IMG/VR virus record: IMGVR_UViG_3300009593_000015
Coordinates: 14,251 to 78,250 of that record
Length of the DNA: 64,000 nt
DNA from: a virus
Direction: 5' to 3' (one strand)
Within the stretch, counting starts at the first letter, position 1, and the number at the start of each line of letters is the position of its first letter. Shown in pieces: positions 28,560 to 39,899 of this stretch. The notes beneath the pieces were generated by a model that had not been told where the DNA came from, did no database searches, and saw only the letters and a list, made by a program, of their open reading frames with translations. Position numbers and translations under genes: made by a program.

Positions 28560-31500
28560 ATGTCTAACAAAGAGAGGTCACATCTTGAAAACTGTATTTT
28601 TAGAATACAGTTTTCAGAGTTGAATCAATTAAAAGATAGTACACCATTCATCGTCAAAGACGAATCGGGCGGAGACCATCTTATACAAAACTATGGCAAT
28701 GATCATCCAAACTATAAATATAACTTCAAATCAATGGGGTTCTCCAATAAGATAGAAAAAGTAATTCAAGAAGAAAAGATATCACATGTAAGACAGACAC
28801 CGATAGCAAGTATAAAAGGTTTAGATCAGGTAAGCGTAAGAGACTCCAAGCATGAAAAGTTCATTCCGATAACAAAATCAAGTGTTAATATATTTTCATT
28901 TGAAAAGAGTGTATTTCAGGCTATATCAAGAGACATGCTTAATTTCATATCAGGAGTGAAAAGTTTTAATAATTTAATAGGAGAGCCAGTCAATAAATAT
29001 AGGAAAAATTATAAATTATTGAACCACGTAAGAGAGAGGTACTTTTCAAACGTTCTCAGCGAGCCTGATTTCGAAAGATATTTGAATTATTACAAATGGG
29101 TTGACGCGTCATTTGGGTATCTGCTTAAGCAAATGGTCCCGGCGTCTGCATTTTCTAATACTGGGATAGAAGATGTGATTGAATCTCATGCTTTCGAGAG
29201 AAATAAATATGATTACAAGTATAACCGTTTCGAGCGTAAAGAACCAATACTGGAAACAAGTATATTATCAATTAACGAACTTCTATATGATTGGGAACAT
29301 GGCCACGGCTCTCAAAACGAAAATGAGCATTGCCTGTGGCAACAAGATAGAAAAACAAGAGAAGAAGAAAACAGAGAAACTATAAGAAAAGTGTTGACAA
29401 CGGTAGTAACCGGGTCAGGCGAAAAACTAGCCAGAAATTATGTTTTAAGAAATCTTGTAAAGCCGTACAAACACGATTCTTCGCGTCAGTTGAGCTTAAA
29501 AATTGGTCACAACCGGCAAGCTAATAAGATTAAAGATTTATACAAAATAATAAATACAGGTAAAGAGATAACAATCAATTCAGAAGATATATACGAGTTC
29601 AAGAGGTGTGATGATATAATCAATCCACAAAAGGATAAAATTTATACAGCTAAAACAAACACTTCAGATACAGATGGTTACCTGGACGCAGATCTCGATT
29701 TAATTTTGCCTTTAAATTTCTATAGTTCTTCTGTTGGGGTTGATTTTTCTGAATTTAAGCAAAATTTAAAAATCACGAACAACCTAGAGATGAAGGAATC
29801 GTTTGATTCTGTCGCTACATACTTGTTTGATCAAGGCGCGCCTCATCGAAACGTAAAAATAGGTACACCTAGTGATAATCGACCTGAGGCGTATGAGATA
29901 TCATCATCTCCTGAGAAGTTGGTTATTAAGAGTCCTGCAAGTGGGCCTAAGTCTCTTTTTCACAAAGGTCATCTTGGCAATAGGCTTTATAGACTATCAA
30001 ACACAAAAACGCAGATTTCAGACACGCAGGTTTTAGTTCAAGGTAATTATTCAAAAGATTATGAAATTGTCATGACAAATGGCAGAAATCAAAACAACAA
30101 TTTCCTAACAGAAAACGAGGGCCGCGGCCTGACAGGTTCTCTGAGTCCTTCGGGTTGGCTCAGTGGTCTTGTAGATTTTGAGGTGCCCAGCAGACCAAAG
30201 AGAGAGCATGTTATTGTTAATCGTTTCTCTGCGATAGGCTCTCCGGACACCTCCGGGAAGTATGGTTTAGACAGAGTTTCAGAAGAGCATTCGGTATATA
30301 ACACAGTAAATTATCGAAGTTTACTAGTCAGGGGCGTCTACAACACTTTATCGAAAGAAAGATCAGAGCAATTCGGTTTTCGATCCGGATCAGAAACACA
30401 AGGATCGATACACAAGACAAACAGAAATTATAATAGGTTTACTGGATCTTACGGAAAGGAAGTTACTCCTGACAACTTCTTTGCGACACATCAGATACCG
30501 CATCATGATTTCGGATACTCATGGATTACGGCCTCTGCCAATGAAAATGTGTATTCATTTCTCAATAGAAACGGAAACATATCACACCAACACAGTTTTG
30601 AAGTATCAGGTAGTTTAAAATCTTCTGAGACCATATTATTCCTAACAGCTAGTGTCTTGGGTACAGACAGTCAGCCGGCTGGCCCCTATTATGCGATTGA
30701 AAACACAGACCTCGCGCTGCCTCCGTGGAGCCCTGTATCTTTTGTGGGGCTCAATACAGTAATTCAGGAACCAATCTCTGCCGATTTAAATCACTTGGGC
30801 TTCCCAATGGGGACCCCCTTCGGAAGAACCGACGTTGATATATCCACGTTAGCTGGCTCCCGCGTAATGACAAATATAGACGGTTATTATGAATATTATC
30901 TTAATAACGATACCTTGGCAGGGATCCAGTCCCCACATACAGATCTCGCTTCTGGTTTAAATTCTCTCATATTAAAGCGTCAAGGCCCTTACGGCTGGCC
31001 AACGTGGAAACAGGTGAGAGCCTCACATAACCCGATAGTGAGAAACCACCGAAGAAATAATATAATATCAGCTGTGTTCAGGGGTACAACGCCATTTCCT
31101 TCTTGTTATCCCGGTACAAGTTTTGAATATCAAAACACGAATGAGAACAAAAATACCATTACGAATAGGAGAGTTGTTAAAAACTATGACGAGATATTAG
31201 CAACATGCAAGTTCAACCCAATTACGGTGAGTCGACACACATATCGAACCGAGACTGGAATAGAATTTTTGATGGAACATCTACAGCTCCCTGTTAATGT
31301 TCCACAATGGGCATTAGCTTTGATGTGGTGGAACGACGAGTTCTTACATGAGTTTATAACAAAGACTGAATCGTTAAACACAGTACTACAACTTCCTAGT
31401 ATCTCCATGAGAGTACCTCTCCAAAATACTGTTACGGGATACGCAAACCAAGATATGGCAGATGATTTTTTCTTTAAAGAAAAATCAATACTAAACACAA

Positions 31501-34500
31501 CAAACATTGGAATAATAAATAGCTTCATCAAAACTGAAGCCAATAATGCTGATTCTACATTTCTTGAGGTGAATTATATAGAGACAATCTATCCTAGAGA
31601 GATTAATACATTTACCAAAGAGGCTAGAAATAGAGAGTTGTTTGACTTTTTTGGGTGGAATTCAAACAGAACAAAGAGAGAATTGACCTTATCTGGAAAT
31701 ATAACTTATGGTGATTGGATTTGGTCTACAACAGTCTGGCCGGGTGTCAATCTGTTTACTTTTTCGTTAGAGTCTCCGACCCAACTAGAGGTAGATTTTG
31801 AAAAAAGCTATTTCAATTCATATGAAAAAATAGATAGGTTATACTTTCCAAACACCGCAAGCGAATATTCTGAAAATCTAAAAACAAGTAAATGGGTACT
31901 CGACTCGCGCAAAGACTATTCATCTTTACCAACAGAAATTACAAACCCTAGAAGCTGGGTTCAGATCGATGCAACCAAGCCGGGTTCGTTAGTGTCGCGA
32001 GCTCAGATGCAGACAGGTATTCTGCAAAACGAATTTAGTATGTTCCCGCTCGGCGGAAACGCTCTTAGGGGTCAACCTCCCTTTGCACCAGTATACAACA
32101 GGAGAATCCCACAAGAATATCTTTCTTCTAGTACAAGGAGGGTTCTTCTCGCTGGAGAAGCAAAGTGGGAAACACCTGAGCCCGCCCCAGGTACAACAGG
32201 TCCTTTTTTGGACGAATATGAGGAGTTTCAGAAAGAGGCACGCTTAGTGGGACAACAATATTCACTCATACCAGAATTTACCATCTCTAGGTATATTGAA
32301 GATATATATGCTTCTGGAAACTTCACAACCCCATCTGTAGGGGATGACTTTTTGCAATTAACAGGAGCAGTGTACCACAGTTCATCAGGGGAAGTATCAA
32401 TAGGTACTCAATTTTTCAAAACTTATTCAAATTCGGATTTTATGAAATATTTTCAACCTTTCAAAGATAATATAACGGAAAACGGCTTTGACTTGTCCGC
32501 TGGAAAACTGTCACTAAGGTGCACAGCTGTAAAAAGGTTGCTGCCATATAGAGGCTTTTACCCAGCAGAAAGAGCGGTTCAAATTGTCGATATTTTTCAA
32601 AAGAATTATTTAAGCGAAGGTACATATGAGATCGATTATTTGCAGAACGGGTTTTTAACAGAGCAGAAAGCAAAAGATTCACTAAAGATAAAAATAAATA
32701 ACACGAAAGCGAAGGTGTCAAAGCCTCTATTTTCACCCGGAGTGCTTTTTAATTCTATTAAATCTGGGCTAGCAGTAGATTATCCACTCTTCCAATCGAA
32801 CACTGACACCTATAGGCAGGGGCTGATTGATAATTCAGTATCAACACACACTGAGCCATTTGATGTATATAACTATTTGGATTCCCCTGGTGATTTATGT
32901 TATACAGGATCTTTGATAAATAATACCGCAGACTTGGGTATACCAAGAATTAAAGGGGTAGTCCCAAGGCGAGTAACATTTGAAGATTTGCTAGATCCAG
33001 TTAGGTTATTCGGCCAAACAATATTTGAAAATGAGCCACACTCAAGTGCAAGTTTCCTATACGGTACGCCACTAAATTATGTGATTAGAGAGGATCAGCC
33101 AAAGTTTGGAACCTTAGATTCAGATTATGTCCGTCTTGGAAATACATTAAATTTTAGACAAAATTATCAATCTTCTGTAGAATCTTTGAGAGGATATACG
33201 AGCGCTATACATAACTTTGCATCGGAAACCGTTAAATTTTTTCTGGAGGACGAATCGCTGCAAACTGCAATTTCACTACCATCTAGGCCAACACTTCAAT
33301 CCGGTACAGACTACAAGATGAGAGTATATGTTAACAATAGAAAAACAGTCATGTATGACAGGCATTCTGCTTTTGGTCCCCCGGTAGACGACGCCGACAC
33401 GCCGGTTATTTCCTATGGGGACGATGTTAAGACCCCTGGAGCTCAAGCATCAGGGTCAGTTGCTTTCCGCGGCGCAATGGTGACAGCACTACGAAGCGGC
33501 GGCAGTGCCAGTGGAGGAGAAGAAATAGTAATTACGGATTACGAAAATACAACAATTAATTATACATTTTTTAGCGGATCTAGTAACAAAACCGGCGACG
33601 TTGTCGGTACCGATCCATATGCAGTGGCAGTAGAGATCACAGATGCAGGTTCTGAGGCCGATTTATTGGTCCAAGCCATGAACGCCGATGGCCACAAAGA
33701 CACAATCAGTAAGAGTATAACAACTGGATTCGAGGGCATGAGCTTTCTTAGTGACTTTTATACCGTAGTGTTACACCAATCAGCCACTGGTTCTGCTGGG
33801 AACAAGGATATGCAGGGCACTTCTGCTATTGACAGTTATGTTGTTGGTCTTCTAGGGGGAGTAGATCAGGTTTTAAATCCACTATTAAAAAGTACTAGTA
33901 CGATAAAGTCTGGCTCGCATGGTCACTTGCCTTATGTCCCGCCATTCCTAGATCCGGAAACCGCACCGTATGCACAGATCTCCTTCACACCGGGACAAAC
34001 AAGAGAATACACAATTCCAGAAATAATTGAAGGAATGCAAGTATCTTATTATAATATGCCACCTCCAGATAATTCTAACACAAATACAAATTATCGTGAA
34101 GCAATGGTGTTGTCCGCAAGTATAAATTTTAATAATTCAGTTTTACTATATGGTGATAACTACGTTCACCTAGGTTCCGCGACAGGAGAAAAAACAATAG
34201 TAAACAATCCAGACCCGACTCTTTATAGGTGGGTAATGCAGCCAAAATGGGAAACTCCAATAATAGATTTTATGGACGCAAAAGTTACAGCTTTGGATTT
34301 ATCGACCGAAAAGGAGGAATATGTCCAACACTCGCCATGGAAGAACAGGTACCAAACTGACTATTATAAAGAGATTAACGAATCCAAAACTCTATATTTA
34401 ACATCTTCTACTGGCATGTGGCATCAACATGGAAGCCCAACAGTACTGGATCCAAATAAAGGATATTACCTGACAATTGTTGGAGCATCTGAAACAACAG

Positions 34501-35873
34501 GGAAACAAACAATAGGAAACCTTGCAGAAAAAGTTGGATTCATCAGCGGCTATGCCAATAATCCAATTCCAGCATCCCTTACTTACTCGGTGCCACAAGA
34601 AGCCCAGCCATTTAGGTCTCTAGAACTCGGCCGAGTTGCAAAAGAGAAAGTCATCAGCGAAGCAGTTGTTGCTATTCCTTATTATTTAACAGATGATTGT
34701 GATATGAAGTTTTTTCCCATGAGAGAAGACATGATGCTCGCAGCGACTCAAAAGAACGCCATGGCCCGCGAAGAATATGTTAACTTGACTAGGCTAGCCG
34801 GGACAGATCAGGAAAGAAAAAATATAAAAAATGAATACGAAAAGTTTTTCGAATCAGTAGGCCTTGAGTCTATAGACGCCGCGGCGTACCAGATGAGAAT
34901 GATGGACAAGTATATATTGCCACCGCAGTTTGATTTTCTGAGAAATTCAGAAATTGATCCATATGTTTCTTATATTTTTCAGTTTAAGGCTACTTTGAGC
35001 AGAGAAGATCTTTCAGAAATTTGGCAAAATTTATATCCGTCAACCAATCGCCCCGGAAGACCAGCTGATAGTATTTCGACAACACAACATTCAAATCCCC
35101 TGAAGGATGAAATAAAATCGGACATTGAGTATATTACCCATATATTGAATCATTCGCGTGCCCCGTTTATAAAAGGGAAGCCATCTTTGTACCGAGATCC
35201 AGAAACCTTTCTAGAGAATGATGTTAGGTGGCTAATCTTTAAAGTAAAATACAGGGCCGAAGGGCACTATTCGAATGTAATAAAAAATTCCATAACAGAT
35301 TTAGATGAAGATATCATGGAGATTTCAGCGTCCCGAACATTCGGCCCGGGCCCGACTTACGGAAAAATGGGAGACCCAGTTGAAAATGAAGAGTTGTTTT
35401 CTAATTATTCATACAATTGGCCATATGATTTCTTTTCAATAATAGAGATGATCAAAGTAGAAAGTAAAGTAGACTTCTTGACAACAAAAGAAAACATTCA
35501 AACCACAGCGCGCCTCAGTAGTGAAACTGCATCGCCGTCTTCTCCTCTTTCGGACACAATAAACGCCGCAGAGCAAGTTTATAGCAACAATGTAAGCGAC
35601 ATAACACAAAACTTAAACAGCACAGTGTTGAATAACATAGTCTCAAGGGAGTTGATAAAATCAGATTCAGAAATTTCTTCTACGCCTGGTGTCCTTGATA
35701 TACCAGTGGCCTCTGGGTTTTCGATAAAGAAAGACACGGAGACTATTTTTCTAAATGGTCAATTATTAGTGGCAGGTTCAGGCAACGACTACGTAGTATC
35801 AGGAAACAGGATAACATTTTCGCAAGATTTAGAAATAAATGATAATGTGCAAGTTTCTTACATAAGAGAATAA
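28560..35873 (+). CDS. giant (2437 aa) virion/tail-associated protein
   Basis: long ORF with GAGGGG RBS; C-terminal IFLNGQLL...DY..SG..ITF repeat typical of phage tail/baseplate proteins. Confidence 0.6.
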   Translation: MSNKERSHLENCIFRIQFSELNQLKDSTPFIVKDESGGDHLIQNYGNDHPNYKYNFKSMGFSNKIEKVIQEEKISHVRQTPIASIKGLDQVSVRDSKHEKFIPITKSSVNIFSFEKSVFQAISRDMLNFISGVKSFNNLIGEPVNKYRKNYKLLNHVRERYFSNVLSEPDFERYLNYYKWVDASFGYLLKQMVPASAFSNTGIEDVIESHAFERNKYDYKYNRFERKEPILETSILSINELLYDWEHGHGSQNENEHCLWQQDRKTREEENRETIRKVLTTVVTGSGEKLARNYVLRNLVKPYKHDSSRQLSLKIGHNRQANKIKDLYKIINTGKEITINSEDIYEFKRCDDIINPQKDKIYTAKTNTSDTDGYLDADLDLILPLNFYSSSVGVDFSEFKQNLKITNNLEMKESFDSVATYLFDQGAPHRNVKIGTPSDNRPEAYEISSSPEKLVIKSPASGPKSLFHKGHLGNRLYRLSNTKTQISDTQVLVQGNYSKDYEIVMTNGRNQNNNFLTENEGRGLTGSLSPSGWLSGLVDFEVPSRPKREHVIVNRFSAIGSPDTSGKYGLDRVSEEHSVYNTVNYRSLLVRGVYNTLSKERSEQFGFRSGSETQGSIHKTNRNYNRFTGSYGKEVTPDNFFATHQIPHHDFGYSWITASANENVYSFLNRNGNISHQHSFEVSGSLKSSETILFLTASVLGTDSQPAGPYYAIENTDLALPPWSPVSFVGLNTVIQEPISADLNHLGFPMGTPFGRTDVDISTLAGSRVMTNIDGYYEYYLNNDTLAGIQSPHTDLASGLNSLILKRQGPYGWPTWKQVRASHNPIVRNHRRNNIISAVFRGTTPFPSCYPGTSFEYQNTNENKNTITNRRVVKNYDEILATCKFNPITVSRHTYRTETGIEFLMEHLQLPVNVPQWALALMWWNDEFLHEFITKTESLNTVLQLPSISMRVPLQNTVTGYANQDMADDFFFKEKSILNTTNIGIINSFIKTEANNADSTFLEVNYIETIYPREINTFTKEARNRELFDFFGWNSNRTKRELTLSGNITYGDWIWSTTVWPGVNLFTFSLESPTQLEVDFEKSYFNSYEKIDRLYFPNTASEYSENLKTSKWVLDSRKDYSSLPTEITNPRSWVQIDATKPGSLVSRAQMQTGILQNEFSMFPLGGNALRGQPPFAPVYNRRIPQEYLSSSTRRVLLAGEAKWETPEPAPGTTGPFLDEYEEFQKEARLVGQQYSLIPEFTISRYIEDIYASGNFTTPSVGDDFLQLTGAVYHSSSGEVSIGTQFFKTYSNSDFMKYFQPFKDNITENGFDLSAGKLSLRCTAVKRLLPYRGFYPAERAVQIVDIFQKNYLSEGTYEIDYLQNGFLTEQKAKDSLKIKINNTKAKVSKPLFSPGVLFNSIKSGLAVDYPLFQSNTDTYRQGLIDNSVSTHTEPFDVYNYLDSPGDLCYTGSLINNTADLGIPRIKGVVPRRVTFEDLLDPVRLFGQTIFENEPHSSASFLYGTPLNYVIREDQPKFGTLDSDYVRLGNTLNFRQNYQSSVESLRGYTSAIHNFASETVKFFLEDESLQTAISLPSRPTLQSGTDYKMRVYVNNRKTVMYDRHSAFGPPVDDADTPVISYGDDVKTPGAQASGSVAFRGAMVTALRSGGSASGGEEIVITDYENTTINYTFFSGSSNKTGDVVGTDPYAVAVEITDAGSEADLLVQAMNADGHKDTISKSITTGFEGMSFLSDFYTVVLHQSATGSAGNKDMQGTSAIDSYVVGLLGGVDQVLNPLLKSTSTIKSGSHGHLPYVPPFLDPETAPYAQISFTPGQTREYTIPEIIEGMQVSYYNMPPPDNSNTNTNYREAMVLSASINFNNSVLLYGDNYVHLGSATGEKTIVNNPDPTLYRWVMQPKWETPIIDFMDAKVTALDLSTEKEEYVQHSPWKNRYQTDYYKEINESKTLYLTSSTGMWHQHGSPTVLDPNKGYYLTIVGASETTGKQTIGNLAEKVGFISGYANNPIPASLTYSVPQEAQPFRSLELGRVAKEKVISEAVVAIPYYLTDDCDMKFFPMREDMMLAATQKNAMAREEYVNLTRLAGTDQERKNIKNEYEKFFESVGLESIDAAAYQMRMMDKYILPPQFDFLRNSEIDPYVSYIFQFKATLSREDLSEIWQNLYPSTNRPGRPADSISTTQHSNPLKDEIKSDIEYITHILNHSRAPFIKGKPSLYRDPETFLENDVRWLIFKVKYRAEGHYSNVIKNSITDLDEDIMEISASRTFGPGPTYGKMGDPVENEELFSNYSYNWPYDFFSIIEMIKVESKVDFLTTKENIQTTARLSSETASPSSPLSDTINAAEQVYSNNVSDITQNLNSTVLNNIVSRELIKSDSEISSTPGVLDIPVASGFSIKKDTETIFLNGQLLVAGSGNDYVVSGNRITFSQDLEINDNVQVSYIRE

Positions 35874-35894
35874 TTATAATATGGAGCCAAAAAT

Positions 35895-36749
35895 ATGACT
35901 TTTTTCGATCAAAAACAGGAGGTGATAGACGTCACGTTAACACAATTTGGAAAAGAATTGTTTTCGCGAGGCGCTTTCCGACCAGCTTTTTATCAATTTT
36001 TTGATGATGGTATATTGTACGATTCTAACTATGCAGACATAGAGGAGACTCAAAACGAAGCTGAGGTCCGGATCCTCAAAAACACTCCTAGACTTAAAAC
36101 ACCTCACTTAACTTTTTCGGTAAACGAGAGATACAGCATAGAAGAAAAGGAAATCGAATCCGGAGAAAGAGGGAGGTTTGAAACTCTTCGCCGGTTCGCG
36201 GCGCCGGATATACAAGATAGGATACTTCTATATCCCCTCGCTAGTCAAGAGATTTCAAACCAAAATATAGCAAAGTTTGATATTTTGTCACTAGAGGCGC
36301 CTATAGAAGAAGTTATAAATTTAAGCTCTACGGAAAAAGGAATTCAGAAAAATACACCAACCCTGCGCATGTCGCCAAAGTATCGCTTACTGGAAGAGAG
36401 AAAAGATCTACTTCCAGAAGAAAGACAAACTATAATAACTAAAGAAGATTTTGTAGATCTAATGTCGGAAGAGATAACATTTTCAGATAATTCAAAGTTA
36501 ATAGTGGATACTCAAAATATAGTAATTGACATAGAGGAATTGAATTGCTTTGATGGCCCCGGCAACTTTTATTTAAACATATACGAGGTTTCAAACAACG
36601 ATTCCGGAAATACCGAGAGGGTAATAAGAAAAATAGATTCCATGGAAATGGCCGAAAGATTTTTCAAATTCAGAAAAGATAAAGAAATTGAAAAATACAA
36701 AATGAAAGAGGCTCACGAAAAAAATTATCAAAAGAGAGGTAAAAATTAA
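35895..36749 (+). CDS. virion protein with tail-collar/fibre-attachment-like N-terminus
   Basis: EVIDVTLTQFGKELFSRG.F....YQFFDDGILY, paralogous to the N-terminus of 42882. Confidence 0.5.
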   Translation: MTFFDQKQEVIDVTLTQFGKELFSRGAFRPAFYQFFDDGILYDSNYADIEETQNEAEVRILKNTPRLKTPHLTFSVNERYSIEEKEIESGERGRFETLRRFAAPDIQDRILLYPLASQEISNQNIAKFDILSLEAPIEEVINLSSTEKGIQKNTPTLRMSPKYRLLEERKDLLPEERQTIITKEDFVDLMSEEITFSDNSKLIVDTQNIVIDIEELNCFDGPGNFYLNIYEVSNNDSGNTERVIRKIDSMEMAERFFKFRKDKEIEKYKMKEAHEKNYQKRGKN

Positions 36750-39700
36750 ATGCCATTCCAGTCAGAATCAGCATCTTATGGTGTCAGCGTATTACCAATA
36801 ATAACCACAAAAAAGATACATTTATCTTCTAAGGAAAAAACAATTAAAGTTGATTTCTGTTTGAACTTACCAGCTTCCGCCTTCGCACACCACGCTGTCG
36901 TAAACGCAGACATTGCAGAAATGTATTATTTTTATTTCGTTGTTTTAACTGAAGAACAGTCTGGGTTAATACCTCTTTTAAAGAACCCGGACACCCGAGG
37001 TCGTGCAATTAAAAGAATTTATCTCGGCCATGAAGACGATATTTTTCAAGAGGGCGCAATAAAAAAAATCAGTTTCAAAGAGGTACTAGAGAATCACAAA
37101 ACATTGCAATATAACACAACTGATCTGTCAAATGATTATAATAATGAATTTAGATCTTCGACTACCATTGAATATACTCCTGCTCATCTCGCCGAACAAC
37201 GTAAGATCCCCTACGAGGACATAAAGACGGATAAACTCTGTATGGTATGCTTCATAGACATTGACTTGGTCCAAGATTCTAGCATGGGAAACAATACGAT
37301 ACATTATGATTTGCTGCTTGAGAGGTCTTCTTCAACTGGTCGCTTAGACATTCCAAAAACAATAAACAGTTTCTATGTCAACCACCCAGGATCTTCTGAT
37401 GATGCATCCGTTGCCGCCGGCGCAAGTAACATAAGGCCATACTACGGACCTACTCATTATCACGCACCAGACCCATCTGATCCTGAGGCTTATGTCGGCT
37501 GGATGGCCGGCCACATCGACGGAGAAATGGGACCGCGCTTAGAACTGGTAGAGACGCCAAATTATAAGATAACTTCGGACTTGAAAATTTATGAATCTCA
37601 AGCAGATGCTACCCAGACCGGTCATCACGGGTCAATTGGTCCTTCCTGGGCTAATGATAGACTTTTGCCGACATCGAATTTAAAAAATGAAATCAGACAC
37701 AATAATTTAGCAAAAGATGTTAACCAGCTCCTGGAAGACGCGAGAAGGTATTACGCGGCCAACGCTCTCAGGGTTCCGAATATAGTGGACTACGAATCAC
37801 AAGAAATGTCATTTGTAAATTATGTAGCAGACCCACAAAGTTCAGATAATCGTCCCATGGGTCATTCGCACCATGGCTTCGCCATCAGTATAGATTTTTT
37901 AGAAATAGTTAAACACCGATCTCGACTCGGGTATTTGCTGGATATTCATTCTCAAAATGAAAGTGAAAATTTTATATTTGAGAGTATTTTTAAGAGTAGA
38001 ATAAAACACATATCCTTTTTCCGCCAACGCGCTGTCAATGTTCCTTATGAAATAAATGAAAGACAGGGCAAAATTTATTCTAAATATGACGAAAATGAAT
38101 ACGGTGATTATATAATATCATCTTCAGATTTTGCAGTCTTCGCTAGTCCCGGTGGTTCCGGGCAAAATAGAATACTTAATGCCACTTCAGAGCTAGGTTC
38201 ATTAGAAGAGGTTGAGATATTACAGTCAGCACCACCAGAACTGCAACGCCCGGATGGACTCATCATGATCCCTCCCCCTAAACATTCCAGACAGTTTATT
38301 GTCCGAGATAGAGATTTGTTCCATAATATAAATTATGGTAAATACACCTATACAGTTAAGATAATTTTAGAAGATGGGATAGAGAAAACAATAAATGACA
38401 TGTTAATCAGAAACAATATGATATTATCTAATTATGAAAAATTTTTGTTTTCGGCTTCAATCCCGTTGAACCCATCTTCTGATGAAAATTCATACGAAGG
38501 AGGATATGATTATGCAACAGAATCTTTTACGCTCTCCTTTCGATCTGACTTGGTAAATAACCAGACCGCTTCAGCAGTATGTACTTTATATGGCAGAATG
38601 AAAGCGTTTTTAACGGGAGTTGAGGAGTGGAGAATACGGCCAGAAGTTGAAGAATTAAAAAGAAAATTAAACCTAAACTCAGGAAAACTTCAAGATTTTT
38701 TGCAATTTAATCAAATTTTAAAAGAAATGAACAACATGATAAAATCTATTTTATCATCGGGGGTTGACCTAGCTTCTCCCCGTCCGATCGAAAACTTCAA
38801 GAGCTCAATAGAGAATGTAAAAGGCGCGAATCTAAAATCTATAGAAATAGTGGCAAAGACAAACGTCATTTCGGAAGCGATATCAGAAGGTACAATCGTT
38901 GAAGATTTTAACCCTCGTCCACGACGGCTGCCAAACTTCTTGTCTTTCGAAGATTTCCGCGATTCATTAGGCGATGTGTTTGATGGTGGTTTTATCCTGC
39001 CAACGCAATTTTTAACTCTAGTGGGTTCCTCTTATGATACGTCATCCAGTGGACTTGCAACCGCGGGTCTTAGCAAAAAGGACGCCGAACTAGAAAAAAA
39101 ATCAAAATCAACAACAAAAAAGATACCAAAACCTAAAGGTACATCGAACATTGTACTTAATATAAAATCTTATAATCGCATGTCCAAGATTAAAAAGTCA
39201 AACAATAATGTTAAAATTAATTTTCTTTTACAATCTCAAAATGATAATTTCGATCCTGAATCCGGAGTGGCTGATTCTGATAGGCCTATGTCATATTATC
39301 CTTTGGCATCTCAAAGGTATTTCGGAGGACTGGCCATGGGCGTTAGTAACGGTTCTTCGTTTAATTTTCGAGGAAATGGATCGATTAGGGACCTCACTGA
39401 AGCACTTGATTACACGGATTCAAACTTAAGTGACGAGGTGAAAAAAGTGATATGTGATTCGGTATACAAACAAGACGATCGCGATCATTTCTTGGGGGAA
39501 ATAGAAAGAAGATATGAAGAGTTGTCAGAATTAAGAGACACTCTGGGTTCTTTTTACGATTTCGCACACAGTTTACTTACAGTTAATAAGAATTTGTTAG
39601 ATTTTTCAAATGAAAACATAAGTTTTCAGGACAAGTTTGAAGATAACGTGGGACCCTCTATCCGTACGGGTTTTGTGACTTCGGATATTTTCAAGCAGCG

Positions 39701-39893
39701 CCGCCGGCGCCCTTCAATATTGTGTCCCGGAAGCCCACCAAGACCAGTAAACCTTATGCAAACTCGAATTATCCCTCCACCAGCACCAGAGGTACAATAT
39801 GAAGAGGGGATTAAGAGGGTGGTGTGCATCAAAATGAAAGAATATAACAACACAAACACATCAGTTAATGATGTGGTTTTCCTGGAGGTTTAA
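36750..39893 (+). CDS. hypothetical large virion protein (1047 aa)
   Basis: long ORF in the structural cluster; GKYTYTVKI Ig/FN3-like strand and His-rich YYGPTHYH..WMAGH motif. Confidence 0.5.
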   Translation: MPFQSESASYGVSVLPIITTKKIHLSSKEKTIKVDFCLNLPASAFAHHAVVNADIAEMYYFYFVVLTEEQSGLIPLLKNPDTRGRAIKRIYLGHEDDIFQEGAIKKISFKEVLENHKTLQYNTTDLSNDYNNEFRSSTTIEYTPAHLAEQRKIPYEDIKTDKLCMVCFIDIDLVQDSSMGNNTIHYDLLLERSSSTGRLDIPKTINSFYVNHPGSSDDASVAAGASNIRPYYGPTHYHAPDPSDPEAYVGWMAGHIDGEMGPRLELVETPNYKITSDLKIYESQADATQTGHHGSIGPSWANDRLLPTSNLKNEIRHNNLAKDVNQLLEDARRYYAANALRVPNIVDYESQEMSFVNYVADPQSSDNRPMGHSHHGFAISIDFLEIVKHRSRLGYLLDIHSQNESENFIFESIFKSRIKHISFFRQRAVNVPYEINERQGKIYSKYDENEYGDYIISSSDFAVFASPGGSGQNRILNATSELGSLEEVEILQSAPPELQRPDGLIMIPPPKHSRQFIVRDRDLFHNINYGKYTYTVKIILEDGIEKTINDMLIRNNMILSNYEKFLFSASIPLNPSSDENSYEGGYDYATESFTLSFRSDLVNNQTASAVCTLYGRMKAFLTGVEEWRIRPEVEELKRKLNLNSGKLQDFLQFNQILKEMNNMIKSILSSGVDLASPRPIENFKSSIENVKGANLKSIEIVAKTNVISEAISEGTIVEDFNPRPRRLPNFLSFEDFRDSLGDVFDGGFILPTQFLTLVGSSYDTSSSGLATAGLSKKDAELEKKSKSTTKKIPKPKGTSNIVLNIKSYNRMSKIKKSNNNVKINFLLQSQNDNFDPESGVADSDRPMSYYPLASQRYFGGLAMGVSNGSSFNFRGNGSIRDLTEALDYTDSNLSDEVKKVICDSVYKQDDRDHFLGEIERRYEELSELRDTLGSFYDFAHSLLTVNKNLLDFSNENISFQDKFEDNVGPSIRTGFVTSDIFKQRRRRPSILCPGSPPRPVNLMQTRIIPPPAPEVQYEEGIKRVVCIKMKEYNNTNTSVNDVVFLEV

Positions 39894-39899
39894 TGTAAA

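Noticed and set aside
28485-28560. Readthrough or intron joining the LamG and 2437-aa ORFs
   Set aside because: Several further in-frame stops lie in the gap, no self-splicing intron structure is evident, and the second ORF has its own RBS
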